From NCBI RefSeq assembly GCF_018977255.1, contig NW_024704743.1:107076001-107140000 (forward strand): a DNA stretch of 64,000 nt. The letters run 5' to 3'. The translations under genes and the position numbers were made by a program. The notes under the pieces were generated by a model. That model made no database searches, was not told where the DNA came from, and saw nothing but the letters and a program-made list of their open reading frames with translations. This stretch comes from Callorhinchus milii. Its lineage: Eukaryota. Below, in pieces: positions 11,701 to 23,052 of the stretch (positions are counted from its first letter, which is position 1; each line of letters begins with the position of its first letter).

Positions 11701-14700
11701 CAGTGATTTGTTATATTTAGTGTATGCTGTTGAATACCTTTTGCATAATTGTAAGAATGACTGTGATGTGAAGATGGACGTACATTTCAGACTCACCATT
11801 TTAATCGATTTTTCTAGACTAGCTGTGGTGGTTGATAGTAGTAGATTCATTTTCCTTTATGTACAGTACACTAAAGATTTGAAGGGCAGTTAAATTTGTC
11901 CTTAGTAGATAATGCATGTATGGGTTATACCTAATGAAACATGCTACGGCTATCTTTTTGAAATATGGTACATTGTTTTTAAGATTGACTGTCGTAATTT
12001 TCATCACTGGAGATACAAATGTAGCCAAAGTAAAACAAAATGTTTATTCTGGACGTTTTAGTATATATAAGAATTACCAGTGTGAAACTCATTTTTCTAG
12101 TTTTATACAATCCACAGGAATCCAGAAGCTTTGAACGCAGTGAAAAATGAAGTGGAAAACATACTTAAGGTTACAAACCAGAAACCTGGAGATATTAACA
12201 GTCCGATTATTTTTACTAGAGAACAGCTGGACAGCATGACAAATATGGGTAAGTTTAGAAAATAACAAAGCTGTCTAATAATGTATGCATTGCCTGATGA
12301 TAATAAAAATAATGGAATGATTTTACTTCTAAAAGACAATGCCCAGGTTCTGCAGTGAGCTTCAGTATCATTCAATTTGGATTTGTTGTGCAATTGCAAA
12401 ACATCCATGCTGGAGTCCAGCTAACAAGACCTTGAGGAGGTGCATTTGCCAGGACCTTAATCTGAACCATTGCTGTATAAATGCAACCAAAGCTAATCAG
12501 TTCAGCTCCCTCTCAACAGTGGTCAGATTTAATCAACCAAGGGCTGTTTTAAAAATGCTTTTAGAAATATAAACCTGGCATTAATCCATTGCCCAGTGGT
12601 TATGAATGCACATTATAATTTATTACATTTCACCATTAATGTATCAAGGATAGCCTGTGTTACACAACATTCAACCTATAAATACACAGTCACTACACTT
12701 TAAAGTTGTGAAGTGTTTTGAGACATCTTCCTGATTTGAAAGGCACTATAACAAATGTAAGTACTGTACTATTTTACTTTATTATTTACATTTTCTAGTC
12801 ATGTTACAGATATTGTTTACAAGTTTTCCTACAATAAAATATTACTGTTGAATGAGACAAAAACAATTGTATACCCTGCATTATGATGCAATAATATTTG
12901 CTTTTCACTATTTTCAAGAGCTTTTGTTTGTAAATAATTCCATGAGCAAAAATCTAATAAGTAAGAAGATTTTGTAGGCAAATATAGAGGTCAGTTGCCA
13001 CAACAATGTCCCACAAACAGCCACGAGATGAATACCCAAACCTCAGCATCGTCTTCTGAGAATTGTAGCTAGGAACCCCTTCCTCTTTTTGAGTAGTGTC
13101 ATTCTTTTTACAGTATATAGTGAGATCATTTTGCTCTATCTGCTCCGAAAAATATTATGTGTCAATCTACCTACCAGTCATGTAATGCCACATACCTTCA
13201 GGATCTACATCAGAATTATCTAATATCCTTCATAGCCCATTAAAAAAGCTCAAAGATCAAGTTTAAGGAAATATGAATAAGAATCTCCTCATCTAGTTCA
13301 CAGTAGCAATTCAGTCGTGCTTTTGGTGACATCCTAAACTATAAGCATTCTTGAGGCATTTATGATTCTTAGCAGAACCCCATCAATGAAATGCTATGTT
13401 GTATATTATTGCAGTCATATTCCTACAGTCCTGAGGTGCTAATTACAAAAATAAAATAAAGGCTGGTACCCAGTTACAACAACACCCTTTGGTCCACTTA
13501 ATAGTGAAGCTAAGCTGTAGAAATAGGGTATATTTCTGGCTTCCGATAATGACTGACTGGCTTCAGATATGACACAATGTCCCAAAGCGCTGACTGGCAG
13601 CATTTTATTGCTCATTCTGCTGGAACATGTGGTCTACATTTGGGGGCCCAATCACCACCTTATAATAGGGTCAGCTGTATACATTTTTTGTGTGTACTTT
13701 AACAGTAAACCTATTTAGACATGGAATGCAACGTGTTATTAAATCTGTGATATCACCATCTTTTGAAATTAATCTTAACAGGTAGCCTGATAAATGAAGT
13801 GCTACGTTTATCAAGTGCATCAATGATGATCCGAGTGGCGACTGAAGATTTGCTACTAACCTTGGATTCAGGGAGAAAAGTGGCCATTCGAAAGGGAGAC
13901 CAAATTGCTTTATATCCTCAGCTATTGCATTTGGATCCAGAAATTTATGAAGATCCGCACGTAGGTGGTACACTATAAACAACAACATTTTTGTTAAGAG
14001 ATATTAGGTTCTGCGATTGGCTTCTGAACCAAAGAAATTTATGGCACAGAAGAGGGCCATTCAGCCCGTCGCAATTGTGCTTCTGCTGTGAGAGATTGAG
14101 GGAGAGGTTGGCACATTTCCAAACTTCTGTTAATGCCTATAAGGATGATTTGGGGACTTGGGGTTCTAAATTAGGAGAGGATTTGCCAGGATATTGATTT
14201 GCAATGCTGTAGTAAATGCAAATCAATAGCAACCAAGTGAGATTCACCCATCCCTTTTCCTGATATCTCTTTGTGTGGTATCAAGCATTAGCTCTAATGC
14301 ATCAATGGCATTAAAAACTCAGACCACAACATTCAGCAAATTTGCTGAGCAGCAGAAATGTAAATGATTCACTAGACAAAGTTGGTAAGGTCTGCAACAT
14401 GGAAGTACCCAAAGTAACACTTTAAAGCAATGTGCCTTACAAGCAAATTTCTTACTGAATATAATCTCAGGATTATTCCACAGAGAATGTGAAACAACAA
14501 CTTGCACTTATATAGTGCTCTCCACGCAGGGTAGTATGTCAGAACGCTTAACAGTGGCAGAGCCTGACTCTGAGCTGGGGGGAGAGGGGAGGTGACTGTA
14601 TGCACGGTCGAAGAAGAAAGTTTTCAGGTGGGACTTGAAAGAGGGGTGAGGTTGAGGTAGTGTTCCAGAATTTTGGGGCGTAGTGGCTGAAAGCCCGACC

Positions 14701-16538
14701 TCCGATGGTGGGGCGGAGGGTGTGACGGACAAGCAGGAGGCCAGTGACAGTCGAGCGGAGGTGCCGGGTGGTGGATTGGGGAGAGGTAGGGAGGTGCTAG
14801 GGAATGAATGGACTTGAACACAAGTGTGAGGATCTTGAAGTCGATCCATTTGGTGATGGGAAGCCAGTGGAGCCTGGCCAGAACTGATGAGTTTGGTCCT
14901 GGTCAGTATGCGGGCAGCAGAGTTTTGAATGAGCTGGATCTTTTGAATGGTGGAGCTGGGGAGACTGGTGAGGAGTGCGTTGGAGTAATCTAAAGGCGAG
15001 GTGACAAACGCATACACAAGGGTTTTGGCTGCATTTGGGGTAAGGTACAGTCAGAGGCGGTCAATGTGATGGAGGTGGAGGTAGGTGGGCCTGGGCAGGG
15101 ACCGGATGTGGGGGAGGAAGCACAGCTGGGGGTTGAACTGGACACCTAGGTTGTGTACTGGTTCGGTGAGTCTGAGGGAGAGCCTAGGGAGGTTGAGGAG
15201 TTTGGATCCGCAGGAGTGAAGACATTGACGGGAGCCGAGGAGTATGGCTTCTGTCTTGTCCATATTCAGCTGCAAGAAGTTTACACGCATTCAGACCTTG
15301 ATGTCTGCCAGATAAGCTGATAAAATTCTGACAGACATGGATTTGGTACTGGAGGAGGCAAAGTAGATTTGTGTGTCATCCATATACATGTGGAGGTTTA
15401 TCCTGTGTCTGCAGATGACATCGCCCAGAGGGAGCATATAGATAAGGAAAAGAAGAGGGCCAAGGATGGAGCTCTGGGGCGGGGCCGGGAGGAGAAACTA
15501 TTCACTAAAATGAAATATAGGCGGTTGATTAAGTAGGACTCGAACCATGTAATTGTGGTCCCACTAAGGTAGATGAGGGAGGAGAGGAGATGGAGGAGGA
15601 TAGCTGACTGTGTTGAACGCGGCAGAGAGATCCAGGAGGACGAGGAGGCAGAGGGAACCCTGGTCACAGATAAAGAGAATGAAAGATATTTGAAGTATAG
15701 ATTCTTAATACTTACATATTAATTTATCTTTGGTTCAATTATTTATTGCTTTCAAAGAACATTTTGCTTTGATAAATAATTAAACCAATAACGCTAGATG
15801 TAAAAGTTTATATGAATAATGGTTTATTTTGAAACTCACCTAGAGAGATTGTCATATGTATTCTTGCTGTGACACTTTCTTGATCTCTTTATTTAAAATA
15901 ATTTTAGGAGCTCCAATTACCATTTTCTGATGCTTGAGCAAACCTGTTATATAGCCTGTCATATTGCAGTATCTCATAAATCAGACCAAAATTAGACATA
16001 TCACATCCAAAATGTGGCTGCCACTTTCAGGTTGTCAGATGGCTGCAAAATGTGCAAGAGAGATTCAGAGAACAATATTGCAGGTGGATTGGTTAAGGAC
16101 AGGAGTTTAGGAGATTGAATAGCAAAGCTTTGTCTTCCTGCAGACAATTTGATATCAGTACATTTCTATTCTACACCTTTTTCAATGTATTTAATAAACT
16201 GTTGTTTCTGTAATGCATTTCAGGAATTTAAGTACAACAGATTTTTGGATGAAAATGGAAAAGATAAGACCACATTCTACAAAAATGGCAGAAAGCTTAA
16301 GTACTACCTCATGCCCTTCGGTTCTGGCACCAGTATATGTCCTGGTCGCCATTTTGCAATCAATGAGATCAAACAATTTTTGTCTTTAATGCTGTGTTAT
16401 TATGACATGGAACTACTTGATTTTACAGCACTATCTCCAACCCTAAATAACACAAGGGCTGGACTTGGTATTCTACAGCCAAGTAATGATGTCCTGTTCC
16501 ACTATCGTTTAAAGCAGCAACCTGCAAAACAAAGCTAA
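5694..16538 (+). CDS. CYP7A1: Cytochrome P450 family 7, CYP7A1-like (cholesterol 7-alpha-hydroxylase-like), complete 6-exon gene, 517 aa
   Basis: join(5694..5776,8603..8843,9383..9987,12118..12248,13782..13960,16224..16538)=1554 nt, open frame, all introns GT-AG. Has an N-terminal TM anchor ending [17 protein letters not shown]-helix [15 protein letters not shown]-helix EVLR and heme motif [12 protein letters not shown]. Lies next to SDCBP/NSMAF as at the vertebrate CYP7A1 locus. Orthologue vs paralogue is unresolved (see findings). Confidence 0.9.
6670..8068 (+). mobile_element. CR1 LINE 3' part (RT domain to tail) in CYP7 intron 1
   Basis: [55 protein letters not shown]; tandem tail attctaatgt x2. 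Confidence 0.9.
8128..8450 (+). mobile_element. L2 LINE 3' end
   Basis: WNTLP...[11 protein letters not shown]; tail ggcactatataaatgcaagttgccgttgttg. Confidence 0.8.
8603..8843 (+). CDS. CYP7A1: CYP7A-like exon 2
   Basis: tcttacag|A TGG...; [18 protein letters not shown]...[12 protein letters not shown]|gtgagt; 241 nt. Confidence 0.95.
9383..9987 (+). CDS. CYP7A1: CYP7A-like exon 3
   Basis: ttgcag|VFGH...TLQG...SMMENLQ...IMFEAG...[20 protein letters not shown](R)|gtaaag; 605 nt. Confidence 0.95.
12118..12248 (+). CDS. CYP7A1: CYP7A-like exon 4
   Basis: ccacag|[17 protein letters not shown]...[13 protein letters not shown]|gtaagt; 131 nt. Confidence 0.93.
13782..13960 (+). CDS. CYP7A1: CYP7A-like exon 5
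   Basis: taacag|[19 protein letters not shown]...[18 protein letters not shown]|gtaggt; 179 nt; ExxR motif. Confidence 0.95.
14492..15670 (-). mobile_element. L2 LINE 3' part in CYP7 intron 5
   Basis: [33 protein letters not shown]; (AAC)n tail at ~14493. Confidence 0.85.
16224..16538 (+). CDS. CYP7A1: CYP7A-like exon 6 (coding part)
   Basis: tttcag|[12 protein letters not shown]...[12 protein letters not shown] (heme Cys)...RAGLGIL...KQS TAA. Confidence 0.95.
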   Translation, partial: EFKYNRFLDENGKDKTTFYKNGRKLKYYLMPFGSGTSICPGRHFAINEIKQFLSLMLCYYDMELLDFTALSPTLNNTRAGLGILQPSNDVLFHYRLKQQPAKQS

Positions 16539-17317
16539 AAACTGGGACAATGCCATTCTGAATTGAAAGGAATTGCAGGCCTCGTCCTCTGGTTTATTAT
16601 TCTGGACAAGTTGAAACAGCCTGTCATGATCTATATTGCCTTGCCTCTTTAGAAAATTGGGTCAATGCCAACTTATACATAAAATAACATAAATATAATA
16701 TTATTTTAATGCATAAAACTGGTCATTAAAAGTTGAGGTATCTTTAGAAACTAGCAATCAAATATCTGTAAACTTGTTACTACTTCCAATAATATGTTAC
16801 ATCTTATGGTTCATTGTATTGTAACCAATTTAATTGATACATTTGTTATACATACTCAGTAGAACTCTAGAAATTTCAGTACAGAAGTACAGTAATTGAT
16901 CTTCGTGACAGTATTCCTTCACTATTCCATATTTACTAAAATTCCATTCTCTTTCCCTGTTACTTATTATATTCTTCAAGTGTTTAATTCCTTTTTAAAT
17001 GGTATTTGACAGCCAATTATTTCTTAATGAGTCTATTGTCTTGTACTTGTACCACCCTTCCTGCTAATATGTTCCAGTTATTAATTTACTGCTATATAAA
17101 GAAATACTTTCTGATGTCTACCCTGAAATTATCTCATATTCCTGAACCTCATCCCAGTCTGACAGTCTCTTATTATTTCTCAGGTATGTTTTGACTGAGT
17201 CATAAATTTAATACAATGTAATTGTAGTAAGTGGAATTTATCTCATACTTTACATATCTTTCAACTATTAAAGGAATTGTTAAAGTGTTGTTGGTTGGGT
17301 TGTTCAGTGGAATATTA

Positions 17318-17880
17318 ACTTCCTACAGTTGAACGTCAATAAGACCGAGGCTCTCCAGATTGGCTCCCGTCACCGCCTCCTCACCTCAGGCATCACCATC
17401 CATGGTTGCACACTCCGCCTTACTGAGCCAGTCCGGAACCTTGGCGTCTTGTTTGACCCTCAACTATCCTTTCTACCCCATCATCCAGCTCCACCGCAGG
17501 CCGGCGAAACCCGCATACACGCGTTCATAACATCCAGGTTTGACTGTGCAAACTCCCTGCTTGTCGGCCTCTCCAACTCCTCTCTCCATGGGTTGCAGAT
17601 CATCCAGAACTCTGTAGCTGTGTCCTCTCCTGCACCAGGCTCCGTGACCCTATCACCATCATCCTCGCCCGACTCCACTGGCTTCCCATCACACAGAGGA
17701 TCCTGGTCCTCACCTTCAAAGCCCTCCTTGGCCTTGCTCCCCCCTACCTCTGCGACCTACTAACCCACTACCAATCTGCCCGCTCCCTCCGCTCAGTAGG
17801 CTCCGGCCTGCTTCATGACCCCCGCCTTGCTCACCCCAGCATTTCCGCCACTCTACCCCCACCTTCTGGAACTCCGTCTG
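17318..17880 (+). mobile_element. L2 LINE fragment
   Basis: LNVNKTEAL...[17 protein letters not shown]...RFDCANSLLVGL. Confidence 0.8.
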
Positions 17881-18115
17881 CCGCAGCCGCTGCCTTGGTT
17901 GGGTTGTTGAGTGGAATGCTCCAGTGCAGACATTTTTACACATTTACATATCATTACGTAGATTTACAGAGTGGAAACAGGTCATTTGGTCTAAGTAATC
18001 ATTGTCATGTTTAGACATAAACCTCCAGCCCTCTCAATCCCCTCATCTGAACTCTTATTCTTTTCTGCCTCATGAATGCATCTTTTTCTCTTAAATATAT
18101 TAATGCTTTCTGCTT

Positions 18116-19035
18116 CATAAGAACAAATAAGAACATAAGAAATGCTAGACCAAAAAAGACCAAGGTCCATCTAGTTTGCCTTCCATCTTCTTGGTGGTCG
18201 CATGCACATATGTCCCGAACTTCCTATGTGTTATATCCCATGATGTTATTTCCTAAAAGAAAACCATCTAATCTGTGTTTGAAAGAATCAAGACGTCCTG
18301 CTTCAACCACCTCCCCAGAGAGCCTGTTCTACAGGTTCACTATTCGCTCACTGAAATATGTTTGCGTAGGTTCATTCTGAATTTACCCTCCTTCAATTGT
18401 AGACCGCGTCCTCTGGTTTATTATTCTGGACAAGATGAAACAGTCTGTCATAATCTATATTGTCTTGCCTCTTTAGAATCTTAAAGACAGCAATTACGTC
18501 ACCCCTCAATCCTCTTGTGAACATGCCTAATTTACTTAGTCGCTCCTCTTATTCAGTCTCTCCATTTCCTCAATCATTTTAGTTGCCCTCCTCTGTATCT
18601 TCTCGATTTCTCCCAATATCCTTTGTGTACTGCGGCGACCGGAACTGTACACAGTACTCTTACGTGTGGTTTCACCAATGATGTATACAGTGGCAGGACT
18701 ACCCCCACTATTTCGGTTTGCTGTTGATCTTTTGATACATCCCAACATCTGGTTTGCTTTCCTCACTGCCGCAGGTCCTCAGGTCCTTTTCATTTTCCAT
18801 AAATATTATTTTCCTTCTGTTCAAATAATAGTCCCTTCCAGGATTTTTTGTCCCCATGTGAAGTACTTTACGTTTCTCCATATTGAATTTCATCTGCCAT
18901 CGATCGGCCCAATTCCCTAGTATGTTCAAATCCTCCTGTAACCTATCTTGTTCAGTTTCACAATCTACCACCTTCATTAGCTTTATGTCATCTGCAAACT
19001 TAGCCACTGTGTTTGCGACTCCTAGTTCCAGCTTC
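18116..19035 (-). mobile_element. CR1 LINE 3' part
   Basis: AKFADDIKL...WADRWQMKFNMEK; KIQRRATKMI; tail repeat (ttcttatg) at ~18116-18140. Confidence 0.85.
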
Positions 19036-19166
19036 AAGCACAACTTCCAACTGAGTTCTACATTCTTACCATCTTCTGCATAAAGAAGTTTCTCCTAAAT
19101 TCCCTTTTAGACATGCTATTCTGCTATTTAAAAACAGTAAACTCCTGATAACTTGTCACTCCAAGC

Positions 19167-19480
19167 GAGTCCTGTAGCTCAGTGGTTAGAGCACTTGCCT
19201 TGCAAGTGAGACATTTGAGTTCAATTCCAGGCAGAGCGAAACCTTGGGCAAGTTTCCTTACTCCACACGCCTGATAATAATCCCTCCAAAACAAAACAAT
19301 AATAAATTGGTCATTTTCAATCTACGACGGTTTATGGGACACTGCTGTGCGCAATTGGCTGCTGCGTTTCACCCACAAATATACAATCAATTCACTTTAT
19401 AGCATATTCTGAGAAGCGCTTTGAGACGTCTAGAAGATGTGAAAAGCGCTATATCAAATGCAAGGATTATTATTATTATT
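19167..19480 (+). mobile_element. Young tRNA-derived SINE, full length
   Basis: Head gagtcctgtagctcagtggttagagc; (TTA)n tail. Confidence 0.9.
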
Positions 19481-19785
19481 AGAACTCAGTAACGAGTTAC
19501 CAGACTGGCGAGTTAGGCATAGGTCCTCCCAGGCCACAAGGGAGCGCTGTGAGAATGTATTCTGTACACCAATACACACTGTGCCTGCGCAGAGCGAACA
19601 GGTGTTAGTGTGATAAAGCGACCCAGCTACCACGACTTTCAACTTATTTGTTAAAACTCATTTAAGTAGATGTATGGTCATATGTGCCCATAAATGCTCT
19701 TATTTTCTGTTTCTTATCATTTATTTGTTACTGTATTAGAAATTGTGCACTTCTCCACCCCCTTTTTCCCCATCTTCCCCACCTC

Positions 19786-20088
19786 CATGTAGTGTAGTGG
19801 TTAAAGCATTCGCCTCACAAGCGAGAGAATCCAGGTTCGATTCAATTCCTGGGCCGGGCAAAACCTTAGGCAAGTTTTCTTACGCTATACACCCATCTCT
19901 GTTTACCTGGGAGTAAGTAGGTTGGTGGATCGCTTTTTCAGGGGTAACAATTCCTTCAAAATATGTAAATAATAATAATTGGGTCACTCAATATATTATT
20001 GTTTGTGGGACACTGCTGTGCACAATTGGATGCCGTATTTCGCCCACAAAACACAGTCATTACACTTTACAGTATATCCTTTGAAGCG
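19786..20088 (+). mobile_element. tRNA-derived SINE, long variant, older copy
   Basis: Same head and core plus an extra ctctgtttacctgggagtaagtagg...gatcgcttttt segment. Confidence 0.8.
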
Positions 20089-20572
20089 AAGAGCCATGTT
20101 AACATTTTGCACGTGAAGCGGCCAGGATATTGACAGCATGGTAACCTAAATGGTAGTGACAAGTTAAACCAGGGTCGAGTTAGCAGGAATTTACCCCACT
20201 TTCAACTGGGGAAAAAAGTCAGCTCACCCGCTGTGTGACTATGGTGACAGTAATGAAGTAGTCTATGACATTTCATAATTTTATTGTTTTCACAAGATCA
20301 CAAATTGTTTTGTATGCAGAGGCCTTTTGGCACATTTGTTCTCATTTATCCAGAGTACCATCCTCCCATTACAGTTTCAAGTTGTTCTTGTATTAAACAA
20401 GTCCACTGTCTTAGTCTCAACCATTTTTCCTGATAACCTAATGCAGTCATTTAGTTATCCTGTGGTTAAAAAAATATTGCTTGTCTGGGCTGATATTTTT
20501 TGCAATTCTAAACCTGTATCCTCCTGTTCTCCAATCTCAGTGCATCCGAAAGTATATAAACTATGTTGTGAA

Positions 20573-21047
20573 GCCCGTATTCTTACCCGTACCAAACTCC
20601 GCTCCCCGATTACCCCAGTCCTTGCCAGACTGCACTGGCTGCGTGTCCCAGAGAGGATCGATTTCAAGATCCTCACTCTTGTCTTCAAGTCCCTCCACTC
20701 CTCTGCACCCCCCCTACCTCTCTGACCTCCTCTCTCCTCACAACAGTGCCCGTTGCCTTCACTCCACCGGGTCTGGCCTCCTCCTTGTCCCCTGAATCCT
20801 ATGCTCCCACCATCAGCGGCCGTGCCTTCAGCCACTACCCCCCGAGGCTCTGGAATTCCCTTCCTCACCCCCTTCGCCTCGCCCCCTCTCTTCCTATTTT
20901 CAGGTCTCGGCTAAAGACCTTTCTTTTCGACCGCGCCTTTGGTCACCTTCTTCCCCCTCTCCCTGGCTCAGCCGTTATTGTGAAGCGCTCTGAGATGTCA
21001 TCCGGCGTGGAGGACTCTATATAAATCCAAGTTGTTGTTGTTGTTGT
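20573..21047 (+). mobile_element. Young 5'-truncated L2 LINE
   Basis: [30 protein letters not shown]; (GTT)n tail; TGTTGTGA on both sides. Confidence 0.88.
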
Positions 21048-22599
21048 GATGAACAACTGTTGTAAAAAATATATTTTAAGCTGCTTTCTGTTTAGATCTG
21101 TTTACATTTGTATAACGCTTTTCACGTCAGGAGGACGTCTCAAGGCGTTGGTTTAGCATTCTCATTTCTGAGTCAGAAGTTTGTGGTTTCAAGGCCCACA
21201 TTGGGCTTTGAACTCACAGTATGAGCTGTCACTCCAATACAGTGCTAGGGGTGCGTCCTCCTGACGTGAAAGGCGCTTTACAAATGGAATCTTGTTGTTG
21301 TTGTTGTTAAGGAATGCAATCCTTTGGATGAGATGGTAAAAAAAGATTGTGTCTCCCTTGGCACTGTTCAAAAAGAGATGAAATTTAAAGCATTTCACAG
21401 TGCTGTGTGATTACTTCCAGTAGACTTCTGTGCACTGACAGCAATGTAAACATAAAGGAACATGTTATTATGGCAATAATTCCCACTTGTTCATTTAAAT
21501 CAATATAATTCAAAAGGCTGATTGAGAAATGATAAATATAGAATAATATTAATCCTTGCATTTGATATAGTGCCTTCCACATCAGGACCACATCTCAAAG
21601 TGCTTCACAGAATTCACTCTCAAATGAGTGGCTGTGTATTTTTGTAGACAAACACAGCAATGAATTTTGCACGCAGCCACCTTTAACAAACAACCATGAA
21701 GTGAATGACGAATTTTGTTGTGGGGATTTTTTGCCAGAACATCAGGAGAACAGCTCTTTTCAAACAAGCTCAAGGGTAAACAACCTGGGGGTCCCCACGC
21801 CTTGGCTCCTGCCAACCCCGCACCCAACACTTTTAACATAAAAGCAGGACGCGTCCCTCCAGGAAGACGGCGTGCATTCCATTCCAATAAACATCTCTGG
21901 GATTTCCATGTGCGGGTGGGATGCAGGGAATTTTCAGTTTGGTTTCCACATGTGTCAGACACCCACCCGGCGCGCCACAAAAACAGACGTACACTCGCGG
22001 GGTACCGTACGTGAAACTCTCCCTAACGGCATCGCTCTCTGTTTATTATTTCTGTGTTTCGCACAACACCCAGTAGGATGTCACGCCTTCTTTAAGGTAC
22101 GCTGTTCCGTGCCATCGCTGACCGATACTGGATGAAGTCATCAGTGAAGTATCTCTCTGAGCTCAATCATATCATATCACGGGACTATTTACTTAAGTTC
22201 ACTCGTGACTTTTCCTGAGCAAACTGGAAATGTTACCCAGGGTAGAGCAGCCACACTCATCTAACACAGTGTACAGTGACTGGATCCAGTCCATCAATTA
22301 TAGCAGCATTTGGTCACGGGTCCGTATCCTACCCCAAGCCCAGCTGAAATAATAATAAATAATGATTGTGGGGGTGGTGGGGGAAAGGCAAAAAGAAAAA
22401 AAAGTCCATTGGGTAAGGAAACGTTTATTATTATTATTATTACTAATCATAACAATACCTTGGGAGGCCCGCGCCACCACTCGACTGTCTGTTGACAGGA
22501 CGTTGCTAGGAGACGCGCGGGACGGTTGTGAGAGAGAAAGCGAGAGAGGGGAGGGGGGGGGGGGGAGCTGCGCGCGCTCCCCGCCGTTTGTTTCCGTGA

Positions 22600-22755
22600 C
22601 GTACTTCGCTCGAGGCGTCCGGGAGGTTGCGTCACTGGCAGCGCGAGCCCAACGGTCAGCGAGTCTCAGACGCTTGTCACGCGCGCACACGCATCCGCGC
22701 AGAGAGACGAGGCACCATTACCCCCTTCCCCGTTCACCCGCCGGCAACCGACCAG
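22600..22755 (+). other. SDCBP: SDCBP non-coding exon 1 (start approximate)
   Basis: Strong donor accag|gtgagg at 22755/22756 inside the CpG island; vertebrate SDCBP has a non-coding first exon. The TSS cannot be determined from sequence. Confidence 0.65.
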
Positions 22756-23016
22756 GTGAGGCGTTCGCGGCTTCTTGTTCTACCATTGTCCCATCTACAC
22801 CCGGTAGGTACATCGTACGCGCGGTTTCTCTCGGTGTCGGTTGGGGTTTGAAGAGAAGGAAGGCATTTTTTTTAAAAAAAGGAAAATATTCGCTGGGTGA
22901 GCCGAAGAGAAGGGCGCCGTCGTCGTCGCCGTCGCCGTCTCTGCTGTTTCCTCTTTTGGGTCGGCGACCGACATAATGTGGTTTGGATTTTTCTGGGGAC
23001 CTGCGAAGGGCAGTGT

Positions 23017-23051
<35 letters not shown>

Positions 23052-23052
23052 G
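23017..23052. repeat. (GT)n(GA)n compound microsatellite
   Basis: Read directly from the sequence. Confidence 0.9.

Noticed and set aside
19167..19240. tRNA genes at the SINE heads
   Set aside because: Each head runs straight into the SINE core and L2-like tail, with no oligo-T terminator; these are SINEs
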